64,000 bases of DNA from Escherichia coli (GTDB taxonomy: Bacteria; Pseudomonadota; Gammaproteobacteria; Enterobacterales; Enterobacteriaceae): assembly GCF_051903065.1 (NCBI RefSeq), contig NZ_CP178438.1; one strand, 5' to 3'. Below, piece after piece: positions 46,519-61,505 of the stretch. Both the position numbers and the translations under genes were made by a program. The notes beneath the pieces were generated by a model that saw only the letters and a program-made list of their open reading frames with translations, ran no database searches and was not told the origin of the DNA. Positions within the stretch are counted from its first letter, which is position 1, and every line of letters begins with the position of its first letter.

Positions 46519-48012
46519 TCAGAACTTCTGTTTTTTCTCTTCCACCTTCACCCCTTGTGTCGGTAGGCCGGTGTCATAGTCGCGTACCACTGGCGAATAA
46601 CCATCTTGTGGGCGTGGACGAAATGCCCCCATCCAGCGCGGCTGTGCATCTTTACGCCACGGACGCAGGCTCCATTGGTAACTGCGGAACGGATCGCGAA
46701 TTTTGTCCATATAATCCAATAAGGCATCATGCATTTTGCTGCGAACGTCGGCAAAATGGGCATCATCGATCAGGTTATGCATTTCATTTGGATCATTACG
46801 GCGATCGTAAAGTTCATCACTGGTGAAGAGGTTGAGCACCAGTTTAAAGTCATCCGTCACCCAGCAACGCACCGGAATAAAACCGCCAAAGCTGTCATGC
46901 TCAATCTCGTAGCGGTTAAATTCCACCATCACGCCGCGTGGCTCTTTCACGGCAAGGATATTTTCCCCCGGCAGAATCTCTGGTTTTTCAATATCTGCCA
47001 GCGCCATCATTGTCGGCAGTAAATCGATATGACTGACTGGCGTATTGACCTGTCGCCGCTCCCCTTGCGGCGAACGGATGATCAGCGGAATACGGGTGAT
47101 GTCGTCATACATCGCCGCTCCTTTACTGATCAGCTTATGTGCGCCCATCATTTCGCCGTGATCGGATGTATAAATAACCCACGTATTTTCACGTTGCTCT
47201 GGCGTTAAAGCATTGATGACCCGTCCTATTTGGTCATCAACAAAGTCATTACAGGCAAAATAGAGCGGATGGTGATAAAGCCCGTCATCACCGACTGGCG
47301 ATGGCATCGCCTGCGCCCATAAGCGGTGATGTTCTGGTTTGTTCGCCAGGTCATCCTGTGCTTTCTCGCCCAGCTCGTAGTAAAAATCAGCGTATTTCTC
47401 TAAATACTCCACCGGACAGGTGAACGGGTGATGCGGCTCATCATACGAAACCACCATCAGGAAGGGTTCCTCGGTGCGCGCGGGCTGTTGCAGAAAATCC
47501 ACCGCCCGATTGCTGATGCGGTGCGCCCAGGTGAAGGTTTCGTCGATATGGTTCGCCTGTAAATCCTCAACGCTATTTAGGCCATTGCGCCACAGGCTAA
47601 TCTCTTTCTCCGTCAGTTCGCTAAGATAGTTCGCCCCATCGAACCAGTAATCAGCATCCCACTCCGGCGGACACTCGCCAGTGCCGAAATAGTCATGTCC
47701 ATCGAGATGCCATTTGCCGATGTAACAGGTGTGATAGCCGGCATCCTTAAAGTAGCGCCCCATAGTGGAGATGTTTTTGCCTGGCGCGACGTTGTTGGTC
47801 CACGGGCCGGACTGGTTAGCGTAGATACCGGTGAATAGTCCGGCGCGTGCAGGCGTACAAACCGGTGAACAGGTGTAGGCGGAATTAAAGCGAATACCTT
47901 CCGCCGCCAGACTATCAATAGTCTGCGTATTCAGCGGGTTACCGCTATAGCACCCGACCATATTGGTGGCCTGGGTATCGGTCATGATGAACAGAAAATT
48001 GGGGCGTTTCAT
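46519..48012 (-). CDS. yidJ: Putative sulfatase YidJ
   Basis: 497 aa MKRPNFLFIMTDTQATNMVGCYSGNPLNTQTIDSLAAEGIRFNSAYTCSPVCTPARAGLFTG...; sulfatase CxPxR signature (CSPVCTPAR). Confidence 0.92.
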   Translation of the reverse strand: MKRPNFLFIMTDTQATNMVGCYSGNPLNTQTIDSLAAEGIRFNSAYTCSPVCTPARAGLFTGIYANQSGPWTNNVAPGKNISTMGRYFKDAGYHTCYIGKWHLDGHDYFGTGECPPEWDADYWFDGANYLSELTEKEISLWRNGLNSVEDLQANHIDETFTWAHRISNRAVDFLQQPARTEEPFLMVVSYDEPHHPFTCPVEYLEKYADFYYELGEKAQDDLANKPEHHRLWAQAMPSPVGDDGLYHHPLYFACNDFVDDQIGRVINALTPEQRENTWVIYTSDHGEMMGAHKLISKGAAMYDDITRIPLIIRSPQGERRQVNTPVSHIDLLPTMMALADIEKPEILPGENILAVKEPRGVMVEFNRYEIEHDSFGGFIPVRCWVTDDFKLVLNLFTSDELYDRRNDPNEMHNLIDDAHFADVRSKMHDALLDYMDKIRDPFRSYQWSLRPWRKDAQPRWMGAFRPRPQDGYSPVVRDYDTGLPTQGVKVEEKKQKF

Positions 48013-49724
48013 AGGCTATCCTTTGCATCGGGAGTAAAGGTTACGGCTGGGTCGTGACGATGCCGCCAGCTGTCAAAAATCAGGTAGACAATCACTACGG
48101 CGGCAATGAAATAACTGATCATCGCTAACCAGCGCGTACCGTAGCCGCCGAATTCAGCCAGCCCGGCATAGACGCCAATCATCGCGAACAGGATGCCAAT
48201 TGACGCGATCTTGACGTTTTTCCACGGTTTCATGTCCACCGCAAACGCATCTTTGAAGGTGAACGGCGTGGCGCGCGGTTTGATAAAACCGATCACCAGC
48301 ATCACGACCACGTTGATGCAGAACGTACAGGCCAGCACATAGAGGAAATGGAAGTCGAACTTCACCAGATAGTTGATGGTGATGTAGCTGATTATGCCAA
48401 TCCCCATCGCCACTTTTGCCGCCAGCGCCGGGATGCGCGGGAAGAAAAAGCCCATAATGATGATGGTAACCAGCGGCACGTTGTAAATGCCGTTGAGCTG
48501 TTTCATCCAGCTATACAGCCCCTGCGGCGCGTTGGCGATCCACGGCGCTACCAGCACCGAAACGATAGCGATAAAGAAACCAAATTTGCGCCCGACGGTG
48601 ACCAGCTGCTGCGGCTCGGCATTCTGGTTAATGATGCGACGGTAAATACCCATACTGAATAACGTACTGGCGCTATTCAGAAAGCCGTTGAAGGTACTGA
48701 TCACTGCACCAAATAACACCGCGCCGAAGAAACCCACCAGTGGCACTGGCAGAACGTTATTGACCAGCGTCGGGTAGGCCATGTCGGCTTTCGGTAGATC
48801 CTGATACAGATGAAACGCAATCAACCCTGGCAGCACCAGTACCAGCGGGTCGAGCATTTTCAGCACCGCCGTTAACAGCGCCCCCTTTTGCCCTTCCGCC
48901 AGGCTTTTTGACGCCAGCGTGCGTTGCACGATGCCCTGATTTGTACACCAGTAAAAGGTGTTCACCAGAATTAAACCGGTAAATGCCGCGCCAATCGGCA
49001 AGGGATCGGTCGGGCCACCGACTGAGTTTAATTTCTCGGCGTGAACGGTGGTAATTTGCTCAATGCCCTGCATAAAGCTGCCCTTGCCCATCGCGATCAG
49101 GCCAAATACCGGCACCATCAACCCGCCGATAACCAGCCCAATACCGTTGATGGAGTCCGCCACTGCCATTGCGCGCAGTCCGCCGATCACCGCATACAAA
49201 ATTCCCGCCAGACCAAGCAAAATTACCAGTAGCCAGATAGCCGCACCGTGAGAAATCTGTAGCGATTCCCCGACGTGAAACAGGCTGTTGAGCGCCAACG
49301 CGCCGGAGTAGAGAACAATCGGCAGAAAGCAGACGCCGGTGGCAATGAGGAAGCAGAAGTCGATGATAATACGCGTCGTTTTATCATAACGTTCCTCCAG
49401 AAAATCGGGGATGGTGGCAATGCCGCGCTTCAGATAGCGCGGTAAAAAGATTAGCGCGAGGAAGATCAGCGTCACCGCTGAAGTCACTTCCCAGCCCATC
49501 ACCGACATGCCGCTTTTGTAGGCCTGCCCGGAAAGACCAACCAGTTGTTCCGTGGAAAGGTTGGTTAACATTAACGAAGCGGCAATAACCGGCGCTTTTA
49601 GTGAACGTCCGGCAAGAAAATAGCCTTGTTGCGATCCGGTATCTGTTTTGCGAACCTTCCACCAGGTGATGATCGCCACCAGCAGCGTAAAACCGACAAA
49701 ACTCAAGATTTGTAACGAATTCAT
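48009..49724 (-). CDS. yidK: Sodium:solute symporter family transporter YidK
   Basis: 571 aa MNSLQILSFVGFTLLVAIITWWKVRKTDTGSQQGYFLAGRSLKAPVIAASLMLTNLSTEQ...; overlaps yidJ by 4 nt. Confidence 0.92.
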   Translation of the reverse strand: MNSLQILSFVGFTLLVAIITWWKVRKTDTGSQQGYFLAGRSLKAPVIAASLMLTNLSTEQLVGLSGQAYKSGMSVMGWEVTSAVTLIFLALIFLPRYLKRGIATIPDFLEERYDKTTRIIIDFCFLIATGVCFLPIVLYSGALALNSLFHVGESLQISHGAAIWLLVILLGLAGILYAVIGGLRAMAVADSINGIGLVIGGLMVPVFGLIAMGKGSFMQGIEQITTVHAEKLNSVGGPTDPLPIGAAFTGLILVNTFYWCTNQGIVQRTLASKSLAEGQKGALLTAVLKMLDPLVLVLPGLIAFHLYQDLPKADMAYPTLVNNVLPVPLVGFFGAVLFGAVISTFNGFLNSASTLFSMGIYRRIINQNAEPQQLVTVGRKFGFFIAIVSVLVAPWIANAPQGLYSWMKQLNGIYNVPLVTIIIMGFFFPRIPALAAKVAMGIGIISYITINYLVKFDFHFLYVLACTFCINVVVMLVIGFIKPRATPFTFKDAFAVDMKPWKNVKIASIGILFAMIGVYAGLAEFGGYGTRWLAMISYFIAAVVIVYLIFDSWRHRHDPAVTFTPDAKDSL

Positions 49725-49890
49725 CTCATAGCCCTTATTTATGTTTATGTCCCGGACGCATGAATATAGGGAGAGGTAAAATGCGTCGGGTCAGGCAGTC
49801 AGATTCTTAAAATACAAACGTCGTATCCCTGAACGGATTGTTTTCTGTTAAGTTCAGGTTGTGAGCATAATTCGCCGGAGGGATATTAAA

Positions 49891-53719
<3,829 letters not shown>

Positions 53720-53864
53720 TTCCACATCCTCTTTTCTCAATTCTGTAAGTAGGAAGCCTGATTGGTTATGCGGCAGGCCTGGAGCGAGGATAGGAAGATG
53801 CGATCGGCAGAACATGACGACCCAATGGGATTCGTGATCGCTTTCATGCTTTTCGTTGGGCGGT

Positions 53865-53898
53865 AGAGATCTACGTTTTCGCGAAAAAGTAGACCTCT
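53865..53898. promoter_or_regulatory. 34 bp near-perfect palindrome agagatctacgttttcgcgaaaaagtagacctct in the glvC-yidP divergent intergenic region (candidate operator)
   Basis: Reverse complement differs at 4 of 34 positions; centred on the perfectly palindromic core ttttcgcgaaaa; sits between divergent glv operon and GntR-family yidP. Confidence 0.45.
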
Positions 53899-54014
53899 GT
53901 GAGCACAGGTACACAGCATCGAACACATCTTTAAAAATAAGATGTTTTTTCAATCGATTAAGCAGAACTTGTGGGCGCATTACCCGGGCTTGCAGGCAAA
54001 AAAGAGATCTAGAG

Positions 54015-54731
54015 ATGATCTACAAAAGCATTGCGGAGCGGTTAAGAATTCGACTTAATTCCGCAGATTTCACGCTAAACAGCCTTCTTCCCGGTGAAAA
54101 AAAGCTGGCGGAAGAGTTTGCGGTATCGCGGATGACCATCCGTAAAGCCATTGACCTGCTGGTAGCGTGGGGGCTGGTGGTCCGCCGCCACGGCAGCGGC
54201 ACTTACCTGGTGCGCAAAGATGTGCTGCATCAAACCGCCAGCCTGACCGGGCTGGTGGAGGTGTTAAAACGTCAGGGAAAAACGGTCACCAGCCAGGTGC
54301 TGATTTTTGAAATCATGCCTGCGCCTCCGGCCATTGCCAGCCAGTTACGGATTCAAATCAACGAGCAGATCTACTTCTCCCGTCGCGTTCGTTTTGTGGA
54401 AGGGAAACCGCTGATGCTGGAAGACAGCTATATGCCGGTAAAACTGTTCCGTAATCTTTCGCTGCAACATCTGGAGGGGTCGAAGTTTGAATATATTGAA
54501 CAAGAGTGCGGGATTTTGATTGGCGGTAATTATGAAAGCCTGACGCCGGTGCTCGCCGATAGACTGCTGGCGCGGCAAATGAAGGTAGCGGAACACACGC
54601 CACTGCTGCGGATCACCTCGTTGTCATATAGCGAGAGCGGGGAGTTTTTGAATTATTCAGTGATGTTCAGAAATGCCAGCGAATACCAGGTGGAGTACCA
54701 TTTACGGCGACTCCACCCGGACAAGAGTTAA
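54015..54731 (+). CDS. yidP: GntR-family transcriptional regulator YidP
   Basis: 238 aa from [49 protein letters not shown]... (HTH plus UTRA-like effector domain). Confidence 0.9.
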
Positions 54732-56389
54732 CCGATACTCCAGAAGAGCACCGCCAGTAATTGGGGGGTGATAATGCGCAGGAACATCACTAACGGATAG
54801 ACAGTGGCGTAAGAGAGCGCCGCCGCACCGCTGGTTGGATGAAGATTATTAGCAAACGCCAGCGCCGGAGGATCGGTCATGGAACCTGCCAGCATCCCGC
54901 ACATGGTCAGGTAATTCATTTTGGCTAACATCCGCGCCAGAATGCCAACAGTAATCAGCGGAACGGCGGTGATCAGGGCACCATAACCAATCCAGCTTAG
55001 CCCTTCGCCATTGACCAGGGTATTCACAAAATCCCCACCAGATTTCAGACCAACGACCGAGAGGAACAGCACGATCCCCAGCTCCCGCAGCGCGAGGTTG
55101 GCACTTGGCGGCATAAACCAGTACAGCTTGCCGATACTGCCGATACGCCCGAGGATCAACGCCATAATCAGCGGACCGCCCGCCAGCCCCAGTTTCAACG
55201 CGGCCGGGAATCCCGGCACAAAGACGGGAATAGAACCTAACAATACGCCTAGCCCGATGCCAATAAACACAGGCAGCATCTGAACCTGTTGCAGTTTTTG
55301 CTGCGCATTCCCCAGCACATTGGCAACGGCATCAATTGCGGACGGACGCCCCACCAGATTGAGGATATCGCCGAACTGCAGGCTGATATCGCCACTGGCG
55401 ACCAGTTCGACCCCGGCACGGTTCAGGCGCGAGATAACAACGTCATAGCGTTCTTTAAAATGCAGGTCGCGAATACGCTTACCAAGCACGTTTTCATTGG
55501 TGACCACCACACGCTCGACGCGCAAATCAGTGCCTTTCGTGGACAGCGAAGTATCGACCTCCTGACCAATCACCAGTTGCGCATTATGTAAATCCGCTGG
55601 CTGCCCCACCAGATGCAGCAAATCGCCCAGTTGGATAATGGTATCTGGCGAAGGAACTTTTAGGGTTTCTTCGCGTTTCAGACGCGAGCAGATAATTTTG
55701 TCGCCGTTGAGAATCGGTACATCTTTAATGGCTAAATCATGCAGGTTAGGGTTCTCAACGCGAATATTGATAGTCCTGATCAGCGCGCCGCCATTGGTGC
55801 GTGAAGACTCGTGCTGCTGGGCTTCTGTCTCGACATTGACGCGGAAAATAACCCGCAACATCCACATGGTGAACAATATCCCGCAAATGCCGAATGGATA
55901 CGCCATCGCGTAACTCATCCCCATCTGATCGACCATTTCCATTGGTGTACCCAGGTCGCGCAAGATCTGCTGCCCTGCCCCCAGCGCTGGCGTATTGGTT
56001 ACCGCACCGGAGAAAATCCCCAGCACTACCGGCAGTGGAATATCAAACAGTTTATGCAGGATGGCGGTAACCAGACCACCGATGATGACGATCAAAACAG
56101 CAAACAGGTTGAGGCGTAATCCGGAGACGCGCAATGAGGCAAAGAAGCCCGGCCCTACCTGAATCCCGATGGTATAAACGAACAGGATCAGGCCAAATTC
56201 CTGAATAACATGCAGCATATCGCTACTTAATGTCATCCCCGCCTGAGAAACAAAATGGCCGACGATGATCCCACCAAACAGCACGCCGCCAATACCTAAT
56301 CCTATGCCGCGAAATTTGACGTTGCCGATAAACAAACCGACGACTGCCACCAAAGCCAGAATACTGACCGTTAATGCTATATCACTCAT
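54728..56389 (-). CDS. yidE: Putative transport protein YidE (AAE family)
   Basis: 553 aa from [46 protein letters not shown]...; overlaps yidP stop by 4 nt. Confidence 0.92.
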
Positions 56390-56540
56390 CGTCCATTTCT
56401 CTTGAGATAACATTTTAATTGCTACGGATTATGGCTGAATCGGTGAAGCAGATTTGCCTTATAGCGCACATTATCACGGGAAAGAACGTGCCGAAATATC
56501 TTAAACAGTCGAAATTTAACGCATTGTTGAAGAAGAAAGA

Positions 56541-56568
56541 CAAAAAAAGCCCCACCAGAATGGTGGGG
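56541..56568 (-). terminator. Rho-independent terminator of ibpAB (hairpin gccccaccattctggtggggc followed by U7)
   Basis: Inverted repeat 56548-56568 with A7 at 56541-56547 on + strand, directly after ibpB stop. Confidence 0.8.
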
Positions 56569-56584
56569 CAAAGAGAATAGCTAG

Positions 56585-57013
56585 TTAGCTATTTAACGCG
56601 GGACGTTCGCTGATAGCGATACGCTGCGCTGCGATGGGTTCAGGCTCATTACGAATTAAATCAATATGCAGTAAACCGTTTACGAAAGTTGCGCCAGAGA
56701 CTTCCATATTTTCAGCCAGCGTAAAGCTCAGGCTAAATGGCTGATTCATAAGCCCTTGATGCAGCCATTTTTTCTCTTCTTTTGGCTGCTCCGGCGTGCC
56801 TTTTACGCTCAGGCGCGTACCTTCCAGTTGAATCTCTAAATCTTCCTGACGGAAACCTGCCAGCGCAAGGGTAATGCGGTAGTGGTTATCGTCGCTTTTC
56901 TCAATGTTGTACGGCGGGAAGCTCTGGCTTTCACCGGCGTTTTGCAGTGCGTTGGCCAGTTTGTCAAAACCGATCCATTGACGCATCAGTGGGGATAAAT
57001 CGAAGTTAGGCAT
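56585..57013 (-). CDS. ibpB: Small heat shock protein IbpB
   Basis: 142 aa ...[52 protein letters not shown]...; alpha-crystallin domain. Confidence 0.93.
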   Translation of the reverse strand: MPNFDLSPLMRQWIGFDKLANALQNAGESQSFPPYNIEKSDDNHYRITLALAGFRQEDLEIQLEGTRLSVKGTPEQPKEEKKWLHQGLMNQPFSLSFTLAENMEVSGATFVNGLLHIDLIRNEPEPIAAQRIAISERPALNS

Positions 57014-57125
57014 AGTCATTTCTCCTTCTAAGAAGCGAGTAAGTACCTGCAAATCCGAAGATTCGCATATGCTCCCTGACGGCGAGCATGGAGATGTCAG
57101 GCCGCGCCAGGCGCGCCTTAGGGAA

Positions 57126-57539
57126 TTAGTTGATTTCGATACGGCGCGGTTTTTTCGCTTCCGGAATCACGCGTTCGAGATCGATATACAGCAAACCATT
57201 TACCAGGTTAGCGCCACGAACATGAATGTTCTCAGCTAACTGGAATTTGCGTTCAAAGTTGCGTTCAGCGATGCCCTGGTACAGATAGGTGCGCTCTTTT
57301 TGTTCGTCGGCGTGAGCACCTTTCACCACCAGCAGATTATCCTGGGCGGTAATTTCCAGTTCGCTCTCAGCAAAACCAGCCACAGCGATAGCAATGCGGT
57401 AATGGTTTTCGTCTACCAGTTCAACGTTATACGGAGGGTAGCCGCCATTACTCTGGCTCTGGTTGTTTTCTAAGTGGTTAAACAAACGGTCAAATCCAAT
57501 AGCAGAACGGTAAAGCGGGGATAAATCAAAGTTACGCAT
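57126..57539 (-). CDS. ibpA: Small heat shock protein IbpA
   Basis: 137 aa [56 protein letters not shown]... Confidence 0.95.
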
Positions 57540-57844
57540 AATCAATAGCTCCTGAAATCAGCGAGAATGTAAGACCTTCCACAATGGACAGGTCAGGTAG
57601 CCAGAACACCCATCAGGCGCGTCCTCATCGGCTACGATGTAAAAATGGGTCTGGAAATGAACTTTTCAAGCCTTATCAGCGGACTTTTTTTTGCAGTTTA
57701 TGGTCTATTGCATAGACTGAGGGGGCAGCACGAAACGTTAAAGTGCGATAGCCGCCACAGTGCGACGTAATGATGATGTTATTTTCAGCAAGGGATCGCT
57801 ATAACTCATCAGGCCAACACCCACGATCAACAGATGAATTTATT

Positions 57845-58177
57845 ATGATAAGAAATGTGTTGTTAGCGTTCATGATATGCAGCGGAATGACATTACTCGG
57901 AGGATGCTCCAGCGTGATGTCCCATACCGGGGGGAAAGAAGGAACGTATCCCGGCACCCGCGCCAGCGCCAGCATGATTGGCGACGATGAAACCAACTGG
58001 GGCACTAAGTCGCTGGCGATTCTCGATATGCCGTTTACCGCTGTGATGGACACACTTTTACTGCCGTGGGATGTGTTCCGCAAAGACAGCTCGGTGCGCT
58101 CACGCGTTGAAAAAAGCGAAGCCAACGCGCAAGCCACCAATGCGGTTATTCCACCGGCCAGAATGCCTGATAACTGA
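57845..58177 (+). CDS. yidQ: Uncharacterized lipoprotein YidQ
   Basis: 110 aa from MIRNVLLAFMICSGMTLLGGCSSV... (lipobox LGGC). Confidence 0.88.
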   Translation: MIRNVLLAFMICSGMTLLGGCSSVMSHTGGKEGTYPGTRASASMIGDDETNWGTKSLAILDMPFTAVMDTLLLPWDVFRKDSSVRSRVEKSEANAQATNAVIPPARMPDN

Positions 58178-58178
58178 T

Positions 58179-59411
58179 TTAGCGATCAGTTTCGGTGATC
58201 CACAGCTGACCGCCTTCCATCCACGCCAGCCATTGACCATCCGGCGAGAAGACCACGGCGTCCGCAGAAGGTGGATTGGCGTGGTTTTCGGTTAAATACT
58301 CAACCTCCCCGCTTTCCGCATGGGCACAAGCAATTCGATTATCCAGCACAAAGCCCAACCATTCTCCTGATGGATGCCAGTTAAATGCAGACTGAATATC
58401 CGTTTTGTTATGGGTTAACTGGCGCGGCTCGCCGCCCTGTGGCGAGATAAGCCACAGTTGCACAATGCCGTTATCATCTCGCATTAAAAACGCGATTTGC
58501 GTACCCTGCGGATTACAGCGCACCCAGTGGCGCGGGACGTTGACTAACCCCGGATAAGCCCGATGGTGGGTAAAGGTTAAACGTCGCTGCACGACGCCAC
58601 GCGGTGGCGCGGGCAGGGTTGTTTCCGTTCCGCTTAACGGCGCATCACCTGCTGCTTTCCAGCCAGCTTCATCTTGCGGTAACTCAACGATAAACAGCTC
58701 CGGCACTTTCTCGCTCTTTGGCGAAAGTGTGTCGCCAATAAACGCCAGCGCTTGATTTCCTACCCATCCTTCTTCATAAGCACGATTGATTTCATCGCTG
58801 CCAGGCTGCGGCGTGGGCGTTGTTTTACTCACCAGTGCGCACCAGTGGCTACCGCTGTATTCACGCGGATGCTGCTTTTGTACGTTGACCGGGCCAAACG
58901 GTGCAGCAACCCCGACGTTTCGCAAATCCAGCGCTGGGCTGCGTTCATGCATTACATGGTCGTTATAGGTAAAGCTCACCATTTCACCGTTCGGGCTAAA
59001 GACATGCACATGGCTGCCGCCGCGCAGCGCTCCTGGGGTGTACGGTGCAGTAATATCCATTGCATCGAGATTGCTCACCTTGCCGCCTTCAGCAATGACT
59101 CCGCGTCGATGATGGAAATCGTAATGCCATGTTTCATCAGGATTTTCAGGGCCGTGAATAAAGACATATTTATCTGACTTCGGATGAACGGTCACCACGC
59201 CGACGTGTGCGCCCTGTGACGCGCGATAGATAACCTCGACCTCACCGGTATGGATATTCACACGCTCAATGGTCTCGCCGGTAAACGACGCCCCAGAAGG
59301 ACGCACGTCAAATACCAGCCACTGGCTGTCGGGCGTCCAGGTATTGGTATTGGTGAGCAGGTGATTACGGGGAGCAAAGGTTATCTGTTTCATGGCGTGG
59401 TCCTGATACAA
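58179..59411 (-). CDS. yidR: Uncharacterized beta-propeller protein YidR
   Basis: About 404-410 aa (start at 59411 or at MKQ 59393); matches YidR. Confidence 0.88.
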   Translation of the reverse strand: MYQDHAMKQITFAPRNHLLTNTNTWTPDSQWLVFDVRPSGASFTGETIERVNIHTGEVEVIYRASQGAHVGVVTVHPKSDKYVFIHGPENPDETWHYDFHHRRGVIAEGGKVSNLDAMDITAPYTPGALRGGSHVHVFSPNGEMVSFTYNDHVMHERSPALDLRNVGVAAPFGPVNVQKQHPREYSGSHWCALVSKTTPTPQPGSDEINRAYEEGWVGNQALAFIGDTLSPKSEKVPELFIVELPQDEAGWKAAGDAPLSGTETTLPAPPRGVVQRRLTFTHHRAYPGLVNVPRHWVRCNPQGTQIAFLMRDDNGIVQLWLISPQGGEPRQLTHNKTDIQSAFNWHPSGEWLGFVLDNRIACAHAESGEVEYLTENHANPPSADAVVFSPDGQWLAWMEGGQLWITETDR

Positions 59412-59493
59412 AACGGTTCACGCCATCATACTTCACAAGGACTTCACTTTCAGACAATAGTCTTTTGCCATCGTGATGAATGTGAGTGAAAAG

Positions 59494-60558
59494 ATGGAAC
59501 ATTTCGACGTGGCGATTATTGGCCTCGGCCCGGTAGGGTCGGCGTTGGCGCGAAAGTTAGCAGGCAAAATGCAGGTGATCGCGCTGGATAAAAAGCACCA
59601 GTGTGGTACTGAAGGTTTCAGCAAACCCTGCGGCGGTCTGCTGGCACCGGACGCGCAGCGATCTTTTATTCGCGATGGACTGACGCTTCCTGTCGATGTG
59701 ATCGCTAATCCGCAGATTTTCAGCGTCAAAACCGTCGACGTCGCCGCATCGCTCACGCGTAACTACCAGCGAAGCTATATCAATATTAATCGCCATGCTT
59801 TCGACTTGTGGATGAAATCGCTGATCCCCGCCAGCATTGAGGTTTACCACGATAGCCTGTGCCGGAAAATCTGGCGTGAGGATAATAAATGGCATGTCAT
59901 TTTTCGTGCAGACGGCTGGGAGCAGCATATTACCGCCCGCTATCTGGTCGGTGCCGATGGTGCCAACTCGATGGTGCGGCGACATCTCTACCCGGATCAT
60001 CAAATCCGTAAATATGTCGCAATCCAGCAGTGGTTCGCAGAGAAACATCCGGTGCCGTTCTACTCCTGCATCTTTGATAATGCGATAACTGACTGTTACT
60101 CATGGAGTATCAGCAAAGACGGTTATTTTATCTTTGGTGGTGCCTATCCAATGAAAGACGGTCAGACGCGTTTCGCGACGCTGAAAGAGAAAATGAGCGC
60201 CTTTCAGTTCCAGTTTGGCAAAGCGGTGAAAAGCGAAAAATGCACAGTGCTGTTTCCCTCACGCTGGCAGGATTTTATCTGCGGTAAGGACAACGCCTTT
60301 CTGATTGGTGAAGCGGCGGGATTTATCAGCGCCAGTTCGCTGGAGGGGATTAGCTATGCGCTGGATAGCGCAGAGATTCTGCGTGCGGTGTTCCTGAAAC
60401 AGCCGGAGAAGAGCAACGCCGCTTACTGGCGCGCCACCCGCAAACTGCGTTTAAAACTCTTCGGCAAGATAGTAAAAAGCCGATGCCTGACCGCACCGGC
60501 TTTAAGAAAGTGGATTATGCGCAGTGGTGTGGCACATATTCCACAGTTGAAGGATTAG
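59494..60558 (+). CDS. cbrA: FAD-dependent oxidoreductase CbrA (colicin M resistance)
   Basis: 354 aa from [25 protein letters not shown]... (Rossmann GxGxxG). Confidence 0.92.
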   Translation: MEHFDVAIIGLGPVGSALARKLAGKMQVIALDKKHQCGTEGFSKPCGGLLAPDAQRSFIRDGLTLPVDVIANPQIFSVKTVDVAASLTRNYQRSYININRHAFDLWMKSLIPASIEVYHDSLCRKIWREDNKWHVIFRADGWEQHITARYLVGADGANSMVRRHLYPDHQIRKYVAIQQWFAEKHPVPFYSCIFDNAITDCYSWSISKDGYFIFGGAYPMKDGQTRFATLKEKMSAFQFQFGKAVKSEKCTVLFPSRWQDFICGKDNAFLIGEAAGFISASSLEGISYALDSAEILRAVFLKQPEKSNAAYWRATRKLRLKLFGKIVKSRCLTAPALRKWIMRSGVAHIPQLKD

Positions 60559-60668
60559 CCAACGCGCTTCACATCGCCCACCAGCAGGATGTAAGAGAGC
60601 GCGCCAATCAACGCGACGGCGGAGATATAAACCAGTGCCGGGGCAAAGCCATAGCCTTGCAACAGATA
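60555..60668 (-). pseudogene. dgoT: 3'-terminal remnant (about 37 codons) of D-galactonate transporter gene dgoT; rest of dgo operon absent
   Basis: Minus-strand translation [37 protein letters not shown] matches the C-terminus of DgoT as recalled; an in-frame stop immediately precedes it; its stop codon overlaps the cbrA stop. Confidence 0.6.
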
Positions 60669-60803
60669 TTAGTCCACAAAAAAACACCTCATAAGAAAAG
60701 GTCTTATATCGGGCAGAAATCTGAAAAGGGAGATCAGGCGCTAAACAGGAGGGAAAGAAGAGTATGCTTTCAACGGCTTAGCTACTCGTTTAAAGGATTA
60801 ATC

Positions 60804-61460
60804 ATGAAGTTGAATTTTAAGGGATTTTTTAAGGCTGCCAGTTTATTCCCACTGGCGCTGATGCTTTCAGGCTGTATCTCGTATGCTCTGGTTTCCCATA
60901 CCGCAAAGGGTAGTTCAGGAAAGTATCAATCGCAGTCAGACACCATCACTGGGCTATCGCAGGCAAAAGATAGTAATGGAACAAAAGGCTATGTTTTTGT
61001 AGGGGAATCGCTGGATTACCTTATCACTGATGGTGCCGATGACATCGTTAAGATGCTCAATGATCCAGCACTTAACCGGCACAATATTCAGGTTGCCGAT
61101 GACGCAAGATTTGTTTTAAATGCGGGGAAAAAGAAATTTACCGGCACAATATCGCTTTACTACTACTGGAATAACGAAGAAGAAAAGGCACTGGCAACGC
61201 ATTATGGTTTTGCCTGTGGTGTTCAACACTGTACCAGGTCACTGGAAAACCTAAAAGGCACAATCCATGAGAAAAATAAAAACATGGATTACTCAAAGGT
61301 GATGGCGTTCTACCATCCATTTAAAGTGCGATTTTATGAATACTATTCACCCAGAGGCATTCCGGATGGTGTTTCCGCAGCATTACTGCCAGTGACTGTT
61401 ACGCTGGACATCATTACTGCACCGCTGCAATTTCTGGTTGTATATGCAGTAAACCAATAA
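60804..61460 (+). CDS. yidX: Uncharacterized lipoprotein YidX
   Basis: 218 aa from [30 protein letters not shown]... (lipobox LSGC); ORF-track 60483 start is an upstream extension. Confidence 0.9.
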   Translation: MKLNFKGFFKAASLFPLALMLSGCISYALVSHTAKGSSGKYQSQSDTITGLSQAKDSNGTKGYVFVGESLDYLITDGADDIVKMLNDPALNRHNIQVADDARFVLNAGKKKFTGTISLYYYWNNEEEKALATHYGFACGVQHCTRSLENLKGTIHEKNKNMDYSKVMAFYHPFKVRFYEYYSPRGIPDGVSAALLPVTVTLDIITAPLQFLVVYAVNQ

Positions 61461-61470
61461 TCAGTAAGCG

Positions 61471-61500
61471 GGCAAACGCGTTTATGCTGTTTGCCCGCCC
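61471..61500. terminator. Hairpin between convergent yidX and yidA (gcgggcaaacgcgtttatgctgtttgcccgc)
   Basis: Long inverted repeat between two convergent stop codons. Confidence 0.5.
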
Positions 61501-61505
61501 ATAGA

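Noticed and set aside
60483-61460. 325 aa ORF overlapping cbrA 3' end
   Set aside because: It is an in-frame upstream extension of yidX; the true start is the ATG at 60804 giving a lipoprotein signal peptide. The upstream part overlaps the dgoT remnant and cbrA.
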